DNA of 64,000 nucleotides from Clostridia bacterium (GTDB lineage Bacteria > Bacillota > Clostridia > CAKSNL01 > HGM11501), in the NCBI GenBank assembly GCA_045123995.1, contig JBGVKY010000014.1, positions 201,860-265,859 of the forward strand. The letters run 5' to 3'. Position 1 is the first letter of the stretch; each line of letters starts with the position of its first letter. The notes beneath the pieces were generated by a model. The model was not told the DNA's origin and ran no database searches. It was given only the letters and a program-made list of their open reading frames with translations. A program made the position numbers and the translations under genes. This document shows, piece by piece, positions 28,421-37,823 of the stretch.

Positions 28421-28900
28421 ATGAAAAAAATATCTTTACTGTTATTTACGTTGATTTTGCTATTGTCTTCATGTGTTAAAAAAGAAAGTATAGAGGTTAG
28501 GTTATATTTTCCGGATGCTGAATTTATGTATCTTGAACCTGAATTGAGAAGTGTTGAAAAAGGTGAAAGCATAGAAAAAAATATAGTAAAAGAGATAATA
28601 AAAGGGCCCCAAAATCCCGAACTTAATAAATCGGTATCAGGTGAAGTTAAGGTTCTTTCAGCAGAAACCAAAGAGGGGATTTGCACGATTGATTTATCCG
28701 GTGAATTTTCAAAGTTCAATACCGGCGGCACAACAAAAGAATCTATGGCAGTTATGTCGATAGTATATTCCCTTTGCTCAATAGAGGGGATAGAGGGAGT
28801 TAAAATAAATATTGACGGCGATTATAATGCGCCTTTCGGCGGTCATTTTACTCTGGAAGAACCTTTTTATCCCTCTACATTTCCTGATATAGTAAAATAA
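28421..28900 (+). CDS. GerMN-domain lipoprotein (GerM-like)
   Basis: Lipobox LLLSSC after MKKISLLLFTLI. The GerMN pattern is RLYFPD..LEPELRSV..IVKEIIKGPQ..TIDLSGEF..SIVYSLCSIEGIEGVKINIDG. Confidence 0.75.
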   Translation: MKKISLLLFTLILLLSSCVKKESIEVRLYFPDAEFMYLEPELRSVEKGESIEKNIVKEIIKGPQNPELNKSVSGEVKVLSAETKEGICTIDLSGEFSKFNTGGTTKESMAVMSIVYSLCSIEGIEGVKINIDGDYNAPFGGHFTLEEPFYPSTFPDIVK

Positions 28901-28937
28901 AAAAGAGACGGAATGCATTGCATTCCGTCTCTTTTAT
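28899..28937. terminator. Bidirectional intrinsic terminator
   Basis: AAAAGAGACGGAATGC (28901-16) / GCATTCCGTCTCTTTT (28920-35) between convergent genes. Confidence 0.65.
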
Positions 28938-28942
28938 GTAAG

Positions 28943-29521
28943 TCAGATTTTTCTTATACTTAAAAGTCTTAAAATAATCGGTGCCAAAATCAAATTAGTT
29001 AAAAGCTCAACTAAGAAATTAAGGCCGGCAAGCCCTAAAAACATATAAGCCGCGGCTGATTCAAATCCCGCTGCAGCACCCCATTGGGAAATTGTTTCAA
29101 AAAAGAAAAGTCTACATCCGATTAAAAATATACCGGTGTTAACAATGGGACAAACTGCAGCAGATAAGAATACTGCAATGGTGCGGTTTGATTTAGCTAA
29201 AAGTTTGTAAAGCAAACCTGAAAGCAAACCTGCCAGAATACCTTTAACCAGAACTGTAATTACAGTTCCTGCCGGGTTCACCGCCAAAAAAGCCCCCGCG
29301 TCACCTGACAAAAGTACGGCCAAACCGAAAACGAAGCCCAGCCAGCCACCGGCAAAGGGACCTGCCATGGCAGAGCCTAAAACAATGGGTATCAAAACCA
29401 GAGAGATAGAGAACATTCCAAACTTTATTGCACTGCCGAAAAGCTGCAGCAGAATTACAATAGCAGTAAGGACTGCACACAAAACCAGGGTTTTGACTGA
29501 AATGGACCTTTTTTTATTCAT
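28943..29521 (-). CDS. ECF transporter S component (substrate unknown)
   Basis: 192 aa, about 6 TM segments, Gly/Ala-rich helices. Size and topology fit ECF S components. No A/T components are adjacent. Confidence 0.65.
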   Translation of the reverse strand: MNKKRSISVKTLVLCAVLTAIVILLQLFGSAIKFGMFSISLVLIPIVLGSAMAGPFAGGWLGFVFGLAVLLSGDAGAFLAVNPAGTVITVLVKGILAGLLSGLLYKLLAKSNRTIAVFLSAAVCPIVNTGIFLIGCRLFFFETISQWGAAAGFESAAAYMFLGLAGLNFLVELLTNLILAPIILRLLSIRKI

Positions 29522-29691
29522 AAATAAAACCTCCTTGGCTGCTGCTCACAAAGGATGCAACGCCTTTTTATTAAAAATTTCAATAAAGAAATTTTTTATG
29601 AGAATCGTCCGTACCGTCCAAGGGTAGGACGATACAATGAAAAATGCGGATAGCATTTTTTCGAAAGGTTAATGTATTTAATAGAACATTT

Positions 29692-29722
29692 AAAATAAAG
29701 AAGCGGTCAACTTCTTTATTTT
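29692..29722 (-). terminator. Intrinsic terminator after the AEC transporter gene
   Basis: AAAATAAAGAAG (29692-703) / CTTCTTTATTTT (29711-22) with loop CGGTCAA. The stem includes the stop codon and a U-run follows on the - strand. Confidence 0.5.
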
Positions 29723-30663
29723 AACAAAAGAGCAGAAACAAATATGATAAGCGGAATTGTAGCTATAGAAAGCAGTGTTGTCACTGCTACGATTTCTGTG
29801 GCATATCCTGCATCATTCCCGTATTTGGTAGAAAAGAGTGCCGCTATCGCCGCTGAGGGACAGGCAGCAGGAATCAGAACCGAAAGGGAAAGAGTAGGAT
29901 TTAATGGATAAAGAATATTTATAATAAGAATCGAAGCTAGGCAAAGGGCAGGTACCAATATAAGCCTTAAAAACGAGGAAGCATAAAGAGTAGGTCTTAA
30001 AAGTGCCGTTTTTATGTTTATACTTGCCAGATAACTTCCCAAAATTATCATTGAAAGGGGAGTGTTAAGCGAAGCCATTCCCGAAACAGCGTCAAGGGCG
30101 AAAGAGGGAAGCTTGATTTTAAAAAGGAACAGTAAAAGAGCAATAACCGAACCCATGACACCGGGATTTGTCAAAAGAGATTTGGGAGCAATTGATTTTT
30201 TACTTTCTGTAAAAACGTAGATTCCGTGTGTCCAGGAAATAATGGTGAACATGGCAAGATAGGCACTGCCGAAAAACACACCGTCGTCACCCAGAACAGA
30301 TTTTAGCAACGGAATACCCATAAATCCGCAGTTTGAGTATATTGAGGTGAAAATGTTCAGTTTGTATCTGCCTGTATCTTCTTTCTTGAAAAGAAAAGTT
30401 GAAAGTACAATAGCTAAAAAATGAAAAAATATCGTAAGGAGTGCAGCTATTCCCAAATCTTTCAATAAAGAAAAATCAAGAAAATCAATTTTATTCTGAT
30501 AAGATTCAATCAAAACGCAGGGGGTTACCAGTATGAGCAATAAAGAGGTCATCTGTTTCACGCCCTCATTATTGATTTTTTTAGATTTTGTAAATATAAA
30601 ACCCAGGCTTATGTAAAGGAAAATAATAAGTACCTGGTATGAAACTTTTATTGCTGCTTCCAT
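29716..30663 (-). CDS. AEC (auxin efflux carrier) family transporter
   Basis: About 10 TM segments with typical AEC N- and C-terminal halves. ATG at 30663 preferred (GGAG RBS, just downstream of the rlmH stop). Confidence 0.8.
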   Translation of the reverse strand: MEAAIKVSYQVLIIFLYISLGFIFTKSKKINNEGVKQMTSLLLILVTPCVLIESYQNKIDFLDFSLLKDLGIAALLTIFFHFLAIVLSTFLFKKEDTGRYKLNIFTSIYSNCGFMGIPLLKSVLGDDGVFFGSAYLAMFTIISWTHGIYVFTESKKSIAPKSLLTNPGVMGSVIALLLFLFKIKLPSFALDAVSGMASLNTPLSMIILGSYLASINIKTALLRPTLYASSFLRLILVPALCLASILIINILYPLNPTLSLSVLIPAACPSAAIAALFSTKYGNDAGYATEIVAVTTLLSIATIPLIIFVSALLLK

Positions 30664-30673
30664 TCTTAACTCC

Positions 30674-31153
30674 TCATTTGTGATAAGTTTCACCGGCTTC
30701 TATTTTAGAAGCTCTGTATAATTGTTCTAAAAAAATAACTCTTGCCATTTCTTTGGTAAAGGTCATTTTTGAAAAGCTTAAAAGAAAATCAGAAGAAGAT
30801 AAAACTTCCCTTGAAAGACCATGGGAACCGCCGATAATAAAATCGACCTCGGAAATCCCGCTATTTCCAAGACTCTTTAATGTATCTGATAATTCCTCGC
30901 TGGAAATCTGTTTTCCTAAAATCGCTAAGGATATGATGTATGCACCTTTGCCCAAGGCTTTTAAAATCTTTTTGCCTTCTTCTGAAAGTGCTTTTTCGAT
31001 TTCCGATGACGAGGGAGCTTCGTGTCTTATTTCTTCAGGAATTTCAAGGATTTCCACCTTGTGAAATCTTTTTAGTCTTTTAAGATATTCTTCTGCGGCA
31101 TCCTTAAAAAAGGTTTCTTTAAGTTTGCCTACACAAATCAGCTTTATTTTCAT
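30674..31153 (-). CDS. rlmH: 23S rRNA (pseudouridine1915-N3)-methyltransferase
   Basis: MKIKLICVGKLKETFFKDAAEEYLKRL...IIGGSHGLS...LSFSKMTFTKEMARVIFLEQLYRA is a SPOUT RlmH signature. 159 aa. Confidence 0.9.
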   Translation of the reverse strand: MKIKLICVGKLKETFFKDAAEEYLKRLKRFHKVEILEIPEEIRHEAPSSSEIEKALSEEGKKILKALGKGAYIISLAILGKQISSEELSDTLKSLGNSGISEVDFIIGGSHGLSREVLSSSDFLLSFSKMTFTKEMARVIFLEQLYRASKIEAGETYHK

Positions 31154-31155
31154 AA

Positions 31156-31638
31156 TTAAATGGCATTTAAGTTGGCAACAATCATTTTGCAACCGTCAGC
31201 GATTACTTCGCGTAGATCAGATAAATCATCCTCTGTTAAAGAAGTATCTTCCGAATCCTCTTCATCATCGTCTGCTGTCTGGATAAAGAAAAGAGTATCG
31301 TAAATTTCCGACAAGGTTTCGTTGTCATCGTCTCCTAAGAAGCTTAAATTCAATGTGAAAGCCAAATCCGAGCATATGTTCCAGAAATTAAGAAGCATGG
31401 AAGCATCAATTTCGTCGCCGTTTCCCAATGCGAAGCTCAAAAGGGAAGAAAGGTCGAAAATCATGGTTTCCTTGATCTTGATACCCTTTGCCGCTGTGAA
31501 TTTATCGAAAACATCTTCATCCCTGAAGCATGCAACATGATCCTGTTCCTTTAAGAAACCTGAATTTATGTCGGAAAACCAAACGCAGAAATAATCTTTT
31601 TCTTCGGTCTCAAAAATAACTTTGCAATATTCTTTCAT
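31156..31638 (-). CDS. Highly acidic hypothetical protein (160 aa)
   Basis: Clean ORF ending 3 nt before rlmH. It has a DDDEEDSEDTSLTEDDLSD tract and no recognised motifs. Confidence 0.5.
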   Translation of the reverse strand: MKEYCKVIFETEEKDYFCVWFSDINSGFLKEQDHVACFRDEDVFDKFTAAKGIKIKETMIFDLSSLLSFALGNGDEIDASMLLNFWNICSDLAFTLNLSFLGDDDNETLSEIYDTLFFIQTADDDEEDSEDTSLTEDDLSDLREVIADGCKMIVANLNAI

Positions 31639-31707
31639 GATATCTACCTCTCTTTTTATATTCTTTAATATATTTTACCACATTTTTTAAAATCTTCAAG
31701 TAAAATA

Positions 31708-31735
31708 TTGAATTTATTTCATTTTATGGTAAAAT
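31708..31735 (+). promoter_or_regulatory. Sigma-A-type promoter for pfk
   Basis: TTGAAT (31708-13), 16-nt spacer, TGgTAAAAT extended -10 (31727-35). Confidence 0.45.
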
Positions 31736-31766
31736 AGTTATGTACTAAATTTTTGGAGGAAAGTCT

Positions 31767-32984
31767 ATGTTAAAAGGAAATATGGTAGTAGGTCAGTCAG
31801 GCGGCCCCACAGTGGCGATAAACTCTTCTCTTGCAGGAGTGATAAAGGGAGCTCTTGACAGCGGATTCGAAGGGAAAATTCTTGGAATGGTCAACGGTAT
31901 AGAGGGGCTTTTGAAAGAAAAATTCACAGACCTCGGGGAAACTTTCAGAAACGAAGAAAATCTTAAAAAGCTTATACATACACCCTCGGCATACCTTGGC
32001 TCCTGCAGATATAAAATGCCCAGGGACGCATCAGGTTATGAAATATATGAGAAAATATTTGAAATATTTGAAAAAAACCATATAAAATACTTTTTCTATA
32101 TAGGCGGAAACGACTCTATGGATACGGTTTATCGCCTGAGCGAATACGCTAAGGAAAAAAACATAGATGTGAAAATCATGGGCGTTCCAAAAACCATTGA
32201 CAATGATTTAGCCGGAACAGACCATTGTCCCGGCTACGGAAGTGCTGCGAAGTTTATAGCGACTGCCATAAAGGAAATGCACAGAGATACAAATGTGTAT
32301 GATTTGGAAAGTGTTTTAATTGTTGAAATCATGGGAAGAAATGCAGGCTGGCTTGCGGCGGCATCAAGCCTTGCAAGGGATAATGATTGTACATCTCCCG
32401 ATCTTATTTATCTTCCAGAAGTTCCTTTTTCTATGGATAATTTCCTTTCGGATGTTAAGGAATGTCTCTTAAAGAAAAAGGTGGTTATAGTAGCTATTTC
32501 TGAGGGAATTAAGGACGAGAACGGAGTATATGTGTGTGAAAGCACGGCCTCCGGTGCAGTTGATAACTTCGGACATAAATACTTAAGCGGTTCGGGGAAG
32601 GTTTTGGAAAATGCAGTAAGAGAAAAGCTTGGGGTGAAGGCAAGAGCTGTTGAACTTAATGTTTTCCAAAGATGTGCTGCCCATATACAGAGCAAAACAG
32701 ATATAGAAGAGGCTTTACTTAACGGTAAGGCGGCATTTATGGCGGCAATGCAAGGCGAAACAGGAAAAATGATGGGCTATGTAAGACGCGGCGATTATGA
32801 AATTTCATTTGAGCCCATGGACATTTCAAAAATTGCAAACGTAGAAAAAACTGTTCCGCGTCAGTGGATAAACGAAAAAGGAAACGACGTTAATGAAGAA
32901 TTTATAAAATATGCAAGACCTCTCATATTAGGAGAGAGCTATCCTTGCTATGAAAACGGAATTCCGTGTCATATAACATTATAA
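31767..32984 (+). CDS. pfp: 6-phosphofructokinase, probably diphosphate (PPi)-dependent type
   Basis: GQSGGPTVAINSSL, IGGNDSMDT and GVPKTIDNDL. Asp at the E. coli G104-equivalent and Lys at the G124-equivalent positions are the classical PPi-specificity residues. Confidence 0.8.
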   Translation: MLKGNMVVGQSGGPTVAINSSLAGVIKGALDSGFEGKILGMVNGIEGLLKEKFTDLGETFRNEENLKKLIHTPSAYLGSCRYKMPRDASGYEIYEKIFEIFEKNHIKYFFYIGGNDSMDTVYRLSEYAKEKNIDVKIMGVPKTIDNDLAGTDHCPGYGSAAKFIATAIKEMHRDTNVYDLESVLIVEIMGRNAGWLAAASSLARDNDCTSPDLIYLPEVPFSMDNFLSDVKECLLKKKVVIVAISEGIKDENGVYVCESTASGAVDNFGHKYLSGSGKVLENAVREKLGVKARAVELNVFQRCAAHIQSKTDIEEALLNGKAAFMAAMQGETGKMMGYVRRGDYEISFEPMDISKIANVEKTVPRQWINEKGNDVNEEFIKYARPLILGESYPCYENGIPCHITL

Positions 32985-32999
32985 TCAAGGAGTGGGAAA

Positions 33000-34541
33000 A
33001 TGAAAAAAGCAAGTACACTTTTAATTGTTGCGGCATTGATTTTAACGATGCTTATGCCCCTTACAGCGGGTGCGGCGGAGGTTTATGTAAGCCATGCGGA
33101 AATAGGAATTGTGGTAAACGGCAGAGGGGTAAACAATTCCCTTAGGAAATACCCTTTTATAGTTTATAACTCCATTACATATTTCCCCATGACCTATAAT
33201 GACTGCGCTTATTTGGGTCTTTCAAACACATGGACTGCTGAGGCGGGAAATATCATCACTAAAGCTGAAGAGATTGACTGCTACGATGATTTTTTAAATC
33301 CCTTGCAAAACGATGAAGATAAAGGTGGTATGGCACAGATTGCCATGACACCCATCAATGTTTTAGGCGAAAGTATTGACAATCTTAAAGAGCAATATCC
33401 TATACTTAATTACAGAAATCTTTTATATTTCCCTCTTACATGGGACTGGGGGCAGAAATTTGGCTGGTCTATAACATTTACTGAAAACAATATTTTGGAA
33501 GTTGCTACGGAAAACTATAAGGACAAGGGTTCGTATTATGTTTTCGATCTTTTTGACGGCAAGGTTTCAAAAGGAAAACTTGCAGCCTATAAGGGAGATT
33601 TTTATGAACTTAACGGAAACTATAAATACTACAGTTTTTCTCCGGATTATACACTGCTTAGAAATGCCGAGGTAAAAGATTTTGTGCAGTTATATAGGCT
33701 TCTTGACGGTGGAGTGGGAGAAAAAGGAACTACCTACATAAGCGTAAAAAAAGAGCTTGCAGATGAGTTTGTTCAAAACGGCTGGTTTACAGGTGACAAA
33801 CTTGATGAAAGAGTTTTGCTTTATATGAAAAATCATACAAAAAGTGAACTTATTGAAGCAATACATGATATTTCTACAAAAGGAACGGACCAGACGTTTT
33901 TGAAGAATGTAAACAATTACTATTTTGGCGGATTTGATAATTATGAATCCTTGGTTAAATCACCTACTGAGGTCTGCACAGTGAGAAAAGACCAGGTTTA
34001 TGCATATACATCACAGGGATGGCAGACAAGCTTTGACTATTTAATGAGCATGGTAATTAAGAAAGAGAAAGCAAAACAGTTTGGTGAAGCAATGAAATAT
34101 ATAGAGTGTGCGGATTACAGCTCTTTCATGGATAATTATGGGATAGATATGCCATATATAGATTGCAGTGGAAATTATGAGAGAATGAAAGATAAATTCT
34201 ATTCTCTGGCACAAAAGCTTTATGGCTCTGGAGCAGACGGTGTGAAGCTTGCTTATACTGCGAAAAGATATGAGACAAGCAATTATGGAATATTCGTAGT
34301 AAAGTTTAAGCCCGGCAATCTTTTGGCAGACTTTACGGTAAGCTATGATCTGGCAACTTTAGACGGAACAATCGTGCAAAGAGGACTTACAGGATACGGA
34401 TCTTCTTACACCATGGAGGGACAACGTTACGATATAGGAGAAGTGTATTTTGATTCCCCCGATGACCAGTTATATAACGTAACAAATGTGAAAGTTACTA
34501 ACGTTACCTTTAGTCAGGATGCAGTATTCGGTGCAGGCTGA
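33000..34541 (+). CDS. Secreted hypothetical protein (513 aa)
   Basis: Signal peptide MKKASTLLIVAALILTMLMPLTAGAAE. The N-terminal ~60 aa after cleavage resemble a copper-amine-oxidase-N-terminal-like stalk domain (VVNGRGV..YPFIVYNSITYFPM..YLGLSNTW). The rest is unrecognised. Confidence 0.6.
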   Translation: MKKASTLLIVAALILTMLMPLTAGAAEVYVSHAEIGIVVNGRGVNNSLRKYPFIVYNSITYFPMTYNDCAYLGLSNTWTAEAGNIITKAEEIDCYDDFLNPLQNDEDKGGMAQIAMTPINVLGESIDNLKEQYPILNYRNLLYFPLTWDWGQKFGWSITFTENNILEVATENYKDKGSYYVFDLFDGKVSKGKLAAYKGDFYELNGNYKYYSFSPDYTLLRNAEVKDFVQLYRLLDGGVGEKGTTYISVKKELADEFVQNGWFTGDKLDERVLLYMKNHTKSELIEAIHDISTKGTDQTFLKNVNNYYFGGFDNYESLVKSPTEVCTVRKDQVYAYTSQGWQTSFDYLMSMVIKKEKAKQFGEAMKYIECADYSSFMDNYGIDMPYIDCSGNYERMKDKFYSLAQKLYGSGADGVKLAYTAKRYETSNYGIFVVKFKPGNLLADFTVSYDLATLDGTIVQRGLTGYGSSYTMEGQRYDIGEVYFDSPDDQLYNVTNVKVTNVTFSQDAVFGAG

Positions 34542-34543
34542 TT

Positions 34544-35488
34544 TTAAGATACATTTAGAATTTTTAATGAAACATCTTTATAATAAGTGTTTAAAATTTC
34601 TCTGTAAGTAAGACCCTCCTTGGCTAACTGATTGGCACCGTGCTGGCTTAAACCCACGCCGTGGCCGAAGCCTTTTACGGTAAAAACTACGCCGTCATCT
34701 TTTATAACAATGGTAAAGGCGGAAGAACGCAGAGAAAAAAGACTGCGGATTTCACTGCCACTAAATAAAACACCGCCTATCTTAAGGTCGGTAACGTAGC
34801 CCGAGGGGGAATAGTTTATATCTCTGATATCTGATACATCCGAAAGTGTCGCATCCTTTGCGGCACTTTTGATTTTTTCGCTCCATTCATCGCGGGAAAC
34901 AAAAACCTCTGTATTAAATTTATCCAAAGACGTCTCCAGAGAACTATCAACGGCTTTCAGATAGGGGACATCGTTGCCCCATACGTTTTTTGCATCCTCG
35001 GTTTTTCCTGCACTCATAGCATGAAACACCGCTAAAATAGGTTCGTCATTAAAGGTCAGGATTTCTCCTTTAGTACTCTCCACAGCGTTTTTTACCTTGA
35101 TTAAATTATCCTCTCCGCCCTCATAGAGAGAGGGGTATATGTAGGCACAGCAACAGGTGGAATTCATACATATATTTGCGTTTTCATGACCGGGAGACGA
35201 TAGCTTTTGGGCGGCGTAGGTTCTTGCGGCAACGCTTTGCGACTTCAAGGCTTCTTCCTCGAAGGAGGCAGGCATTTCTGCAAGTACAACCCCGATAAGA
35301 TAGGACTCTAAAGGGATGGAAAAGACAGAATTATCGTATACATTAAGAACGTTTATTGTAGGCTCTGAATATGAAGAAGAAAGGTCGGTTTTTAATGGGT
35401 CATTTTTTGATATTTCATTGTTTGTGATGCATGGGAAAAGGAACATGGAGCAAAAAAGTAAGGATAATAAAAATGCAGATTGTTTCAT
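34544..35488 (-). CDS. spoIID: Stage II sporulation protein D (lytic transglycosylase)
   Basis: SpoIID/LytB domain: LESYLIGVVLAEMP..EALKSQSVAARTYA..AVFHAMSAGKTE..GFGHGVGLSQHGAN. Confidence 0.85.
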   Translation of the reverse strand: MKQSAFLLSLLFCSMFLFPCITNNEISKNDPLKTDLSSSYSEPTINVLNVYDNSVFSIPLESYLIGVVLAEMPASFEEEALKSQSVAARTYAAQKLSSPGHENANICMNSTCCCAYIYPSLYEGGEDNLIKVKNAVESTKGEILTFNDEPILAVFHAMSAGKTEDAKNVWGNDVPYLKAVDSSLETSLDKFNTEVFVSRDEWSEKIKSAAKDATLSDVSDIRDINYSPSGYVTDLKIGGVLFSGSEIRSLFSLRSSAFTIVIKDDGVVFTVKGFGHGVGLSQHGANQLAKEGLTYREILNTYYKDVSLKILNVS

Positions 35489-35539
35489 CTTAAAAACTCC
35501 TTTCTTTTCCTATTCTATGAAAAACTTGTCCTTAAAATT

Positions 35540-35567
35540 ACTGTATAATAATGCTTTACAAATATGT
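35540..35567 (-). promoter_or_regulatory. Sigma-E-type promoter upstream of spoIID
   Basis: On the - strand: ACATATT (35567-61), 14-nt spacer, ATACAGT (35546-40). This compares with the sigma-E consensus (T)CATATT-14-CATACA-T. It lies ~45 nt upstream of the ATG. Confidence 0.5.
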
Positions 35568-35583
35568 AAGTTTGTGGTAAAAT
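35555..35583 (+). promoter_or_regulatory. Sigma-A-type promoter for the aminotransferase-trpS-tagO operon
   Basis: TTTACA (35555-60), 17-nt spacer, TGgTAAAAT (35575-83). Overlaps the divergent spoIID promoter. Confidence 0.45.
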
Positions 35584-35618
35584 AGGTTGGTATGTACAGA
35601 AAGGAAAGGCGGAATATT

Positions 35619-36800
35619 ATGAAAAGCGATTTCATAGCTGAAAGAGTAAAGCCACTTAAGGCATCTGCTATAAGAGAAATATTTAAAATGGTCGGAAGCA
35701 AAGATATAATTTCCTTTGCGGGCGGAAATCCTTCTGCAGAAATTTTCCCCAAAGAGGAACTTGCTCACCTTGCTTCTTCTATCATAGAAAAAGAGGGACA
35801 CCTTGCACTTCAGTACGGTGTTACAGAGGGATATGCTCCTCTTCGTAACAGGGTTAAGGCAGAAATGACCAAGGAAGGCATTATGCATGATACCGACGAC
35901 TGTCTTATTACAACAGGCGGTCAGCAGGCAATAGACCTTTGTGCAAAAGCTCTTATAAACGAGGGTGACGTAATCGCAGTTGAAGCTCCCAGCTTTATTG
36001 GCGGACTCAATGCGCTTCGTTCCTATGGCGGAGATTTAAGAGGAGTGACAGTAAGAGAAGATGGTATAGATATAGATGAACTTGAAGCACTTCTTAAAAA
36101 AGAAAAGGTAAAGCTTTTATATACAATTCCCACATTCCAGAATCCTACGGGAATTACCATGAGCTTAGATAAGAGAAAGAAGCTTTTGGAATTGGCAGAA
36201 GAATACGATTTTTACATTCTTGAAGATAATCCTTATGGAAAACTTCGTTTTACAGGAGAGGACATTCCGGCTATAAAGACAATGGATAAAAAGGGCAGAG
36301 TCATTTATGCAAGCTCCTATTCAAAGCTTATATCTCCCGGTATGAGAGTGGGCTATGCTGTGGCAAGAGAGGATATTTTCGACAGAATGGTAGTTTGCAA
36401 GCAGGCTAATGACGTTCACACACCCTGCCTTACACAGATGATGGTTGAAAGATTTATTGAAGAAAATGACTTTGATGCACACATTAAAAAGAGCATAGAT
36501 ATGTACAGGGAAAAATCTTCACTCATGATGAAACTTATGGATGAACTTTTTCCGAAGAATATAAAGCATACAGTACCTGAGGGAGGAATTTTCCTCTGGT
36601 GCACCATTGACGGAGACTACGATACCAAGGAAATTATGGCTAAGTGCATAGAGGAAAAGGTGGCATTTGTACCCGGTGCAACAGCCATGGTAGACATTGA
36701 TGAAAAGTGCAATATGTTCAGATTAAATTATTCAACACCTACGTTGGAAGAAATCGACAGAGGTATGAGAATAATGGCTAAGGTGCTTAATAATCTTTGA
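35619..36800 (+). CDS. PLP-dependent aminotransferase, class I/II
   Basis: LKASAIREIF..ISFAGGNP, NPTG, and SSYSKLISPGMRVGY (PLP Lys). ATG at 35619. Confidence 0.8.
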   Translation: MKSDFIAERVKPLKASAIREIFKMVGSKDIISFAGGNPSAEIFPKEELAHLASSIIEKEGHLALQYGVTEGYAPLRNRVKAEMTKEGIMHDTDDCLITTGGQQAIDLCAKALINEGDVIAVEAPSFIGGLNALRSYGGDLRGVTVREDGIDIDELEALLKKEKVKLLYTIPTFQNPTGITMSLDKRKKLLELAEEYDFYILEDNPYGKLRFTGEDIPAIKTMDKKGRVIYASSYSKLISPGMRVGYAVAREDIFDRMVVCKQANDVHTPCLTQMMVERFIEENDFDAHIKKSIDMYREKSSLMMKLMDELFPKNIKHTVPEGGIFLWCTIDGDYDTKEIMAKCIEEKVAFVPGATAMVDIDEKCNMFRLNYSTPTLEEIDRGMRIMAKVLNNL

Positions 36801-36816
36801 TTAAAGGAGACTCGTT

Positions 36817-37812
36817 ATGAGCGAAAATATGAAACAAAGAGTTTTTTCGGGAATTCAGCCATCAGGAGAGCTGGGACTCGGAGGATATATAGGAGCTGTT
36901 AAAAACTGGCTTGCCATGCAGGAGGAGTATGACTGCTGTTTCTGTGTTGTGGATGAGCATTGTATTACCGTAAGACAAGACCCTAAGGAGCTCAGAAACC
37001 GTTGTATGGAATTTCTGGCACTTTATATTGCCTGCGGAATTGACCCCAATAAGAGTCTTATTTATTTCCAGAGCCATGTGCCTCATCATGCACAGCTTGC
37101 CTGGGTGCTTAATTGCTATACCTATATGGGAGAGCTCTCAAGAATGACACAGTTCAAGGATAAATCACAGAAGCATGCAGACAATATAAATGCAGGTCTT
37201 TTCACCTATCCTGTTTTAATGGCGGCAGATATTTTGCTTTATCAGACAGATAAGGTTCCGGTAGGCATTGACCAGAAGCAGCATCTGGAACTGGCACAGA
37301 TAATTGCAAAAAGATTTAACGGGGTTTACGGAGAAGTATTCAAGGTTCCTGAGCCTGTAATTCCTAAGCTTGGAGCAAAAATCATGAGCCTTGCTACACC
37401 TACCAGCAAAATGAGTAAATCAGAGCCTAAGGGAAACATTGCTATTTTGGATTCTCCCGAGGTTATTCTTAAAAAGTTCAAGAGTGCAGTTACTGACTCC
37501 GAAGCTAAAATAGAATACCGTGAGGGAAAAGATGGTGTTAACAATCTTTTGACAATCTATTCCGTTGCAACAGGCGAAAGTATTGAAGATGCAGTTTCAA
37601 GATTTTCCGGCATGGGCTATGGTGATTTCAAAGTGAAAACTGCCGAGGCTGTAATTGAAATGCTTAGACCTGTAAGGGAAAAATACGAAGACCTTGCGAA
37701 AAATAAAGACTATATTGAAAGTGTTTATAAAAACGGTGCCCAGATTGCAGGAAGGGTTGCAGACAGAACACTTTCCAAGGTTTATAAGAAAATAGGCTTT
37801 GTAGCAAGATAG
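36817..37812 (+). CDS. trpS: Tryptophan--tRNA ligase
   Basis: FSGIQPSGELGLGGYIGA, LMAADILLYQTDKVPVGIDQKQHLEL and KMSKS. Colinear with B. subtilis TrpS. Confidence 0.95.
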   Translation: MSENMKQRVFSGIQPSGELGLGGYIGAVKNWLAMQEEYDCCFCVVDEHCITVRQDPKELRNRCMEFLALYIACGIDPNKSLIYFQSHVPHHAQLAWVLNCYTYMGELSRMTQFKDKSQKHADNINAGLFTYPVLMAADILLYQTDKVPVGIDQKQHLELAQIIAKRFNGVYGEVFKVPEPVIPKLGAKIMSLATPTSKMSKSEPKGNIAILDSPEVILKKFKSAVTDSEAKIEYREGKDGVNNLLTIYSVATGESIEDAVSRFSGMGYGDFKVKTAEAVIEMLRPVREKYEDLAKNKDYIESVYKNGAQIAGRVADRTLSKVYKKIGFVAR

Positions 37813-37823
37813 GGGGATAAAAA

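Noticed and set aside
28315-28731. 138-aa - strand ORF overlapping the rpoC terminator and the GerMN gene.
   Set aside because: It overlaps a well-supported lipoprotein gene and a terminator, and has no start context.
29522-29691. THF (folT-type) riboswitch upstream of the ECF S component, prompted by UUGCAUCC near the RBS.
   Set aside because: The partner pseudoknot sequence (GGGAUG in an upstream loop), the GAGUAG junction and the P2/P3 architecture are missing. It does not fit the THF-I model as I know it.
36801-36816. A T-box leader expected upstream of trpS.
   Set aside because: Only 16 nt separate trpS from the preceding aminotransferase gene, and the 130-nt operon leader is too short and lacks the T-box sequence.
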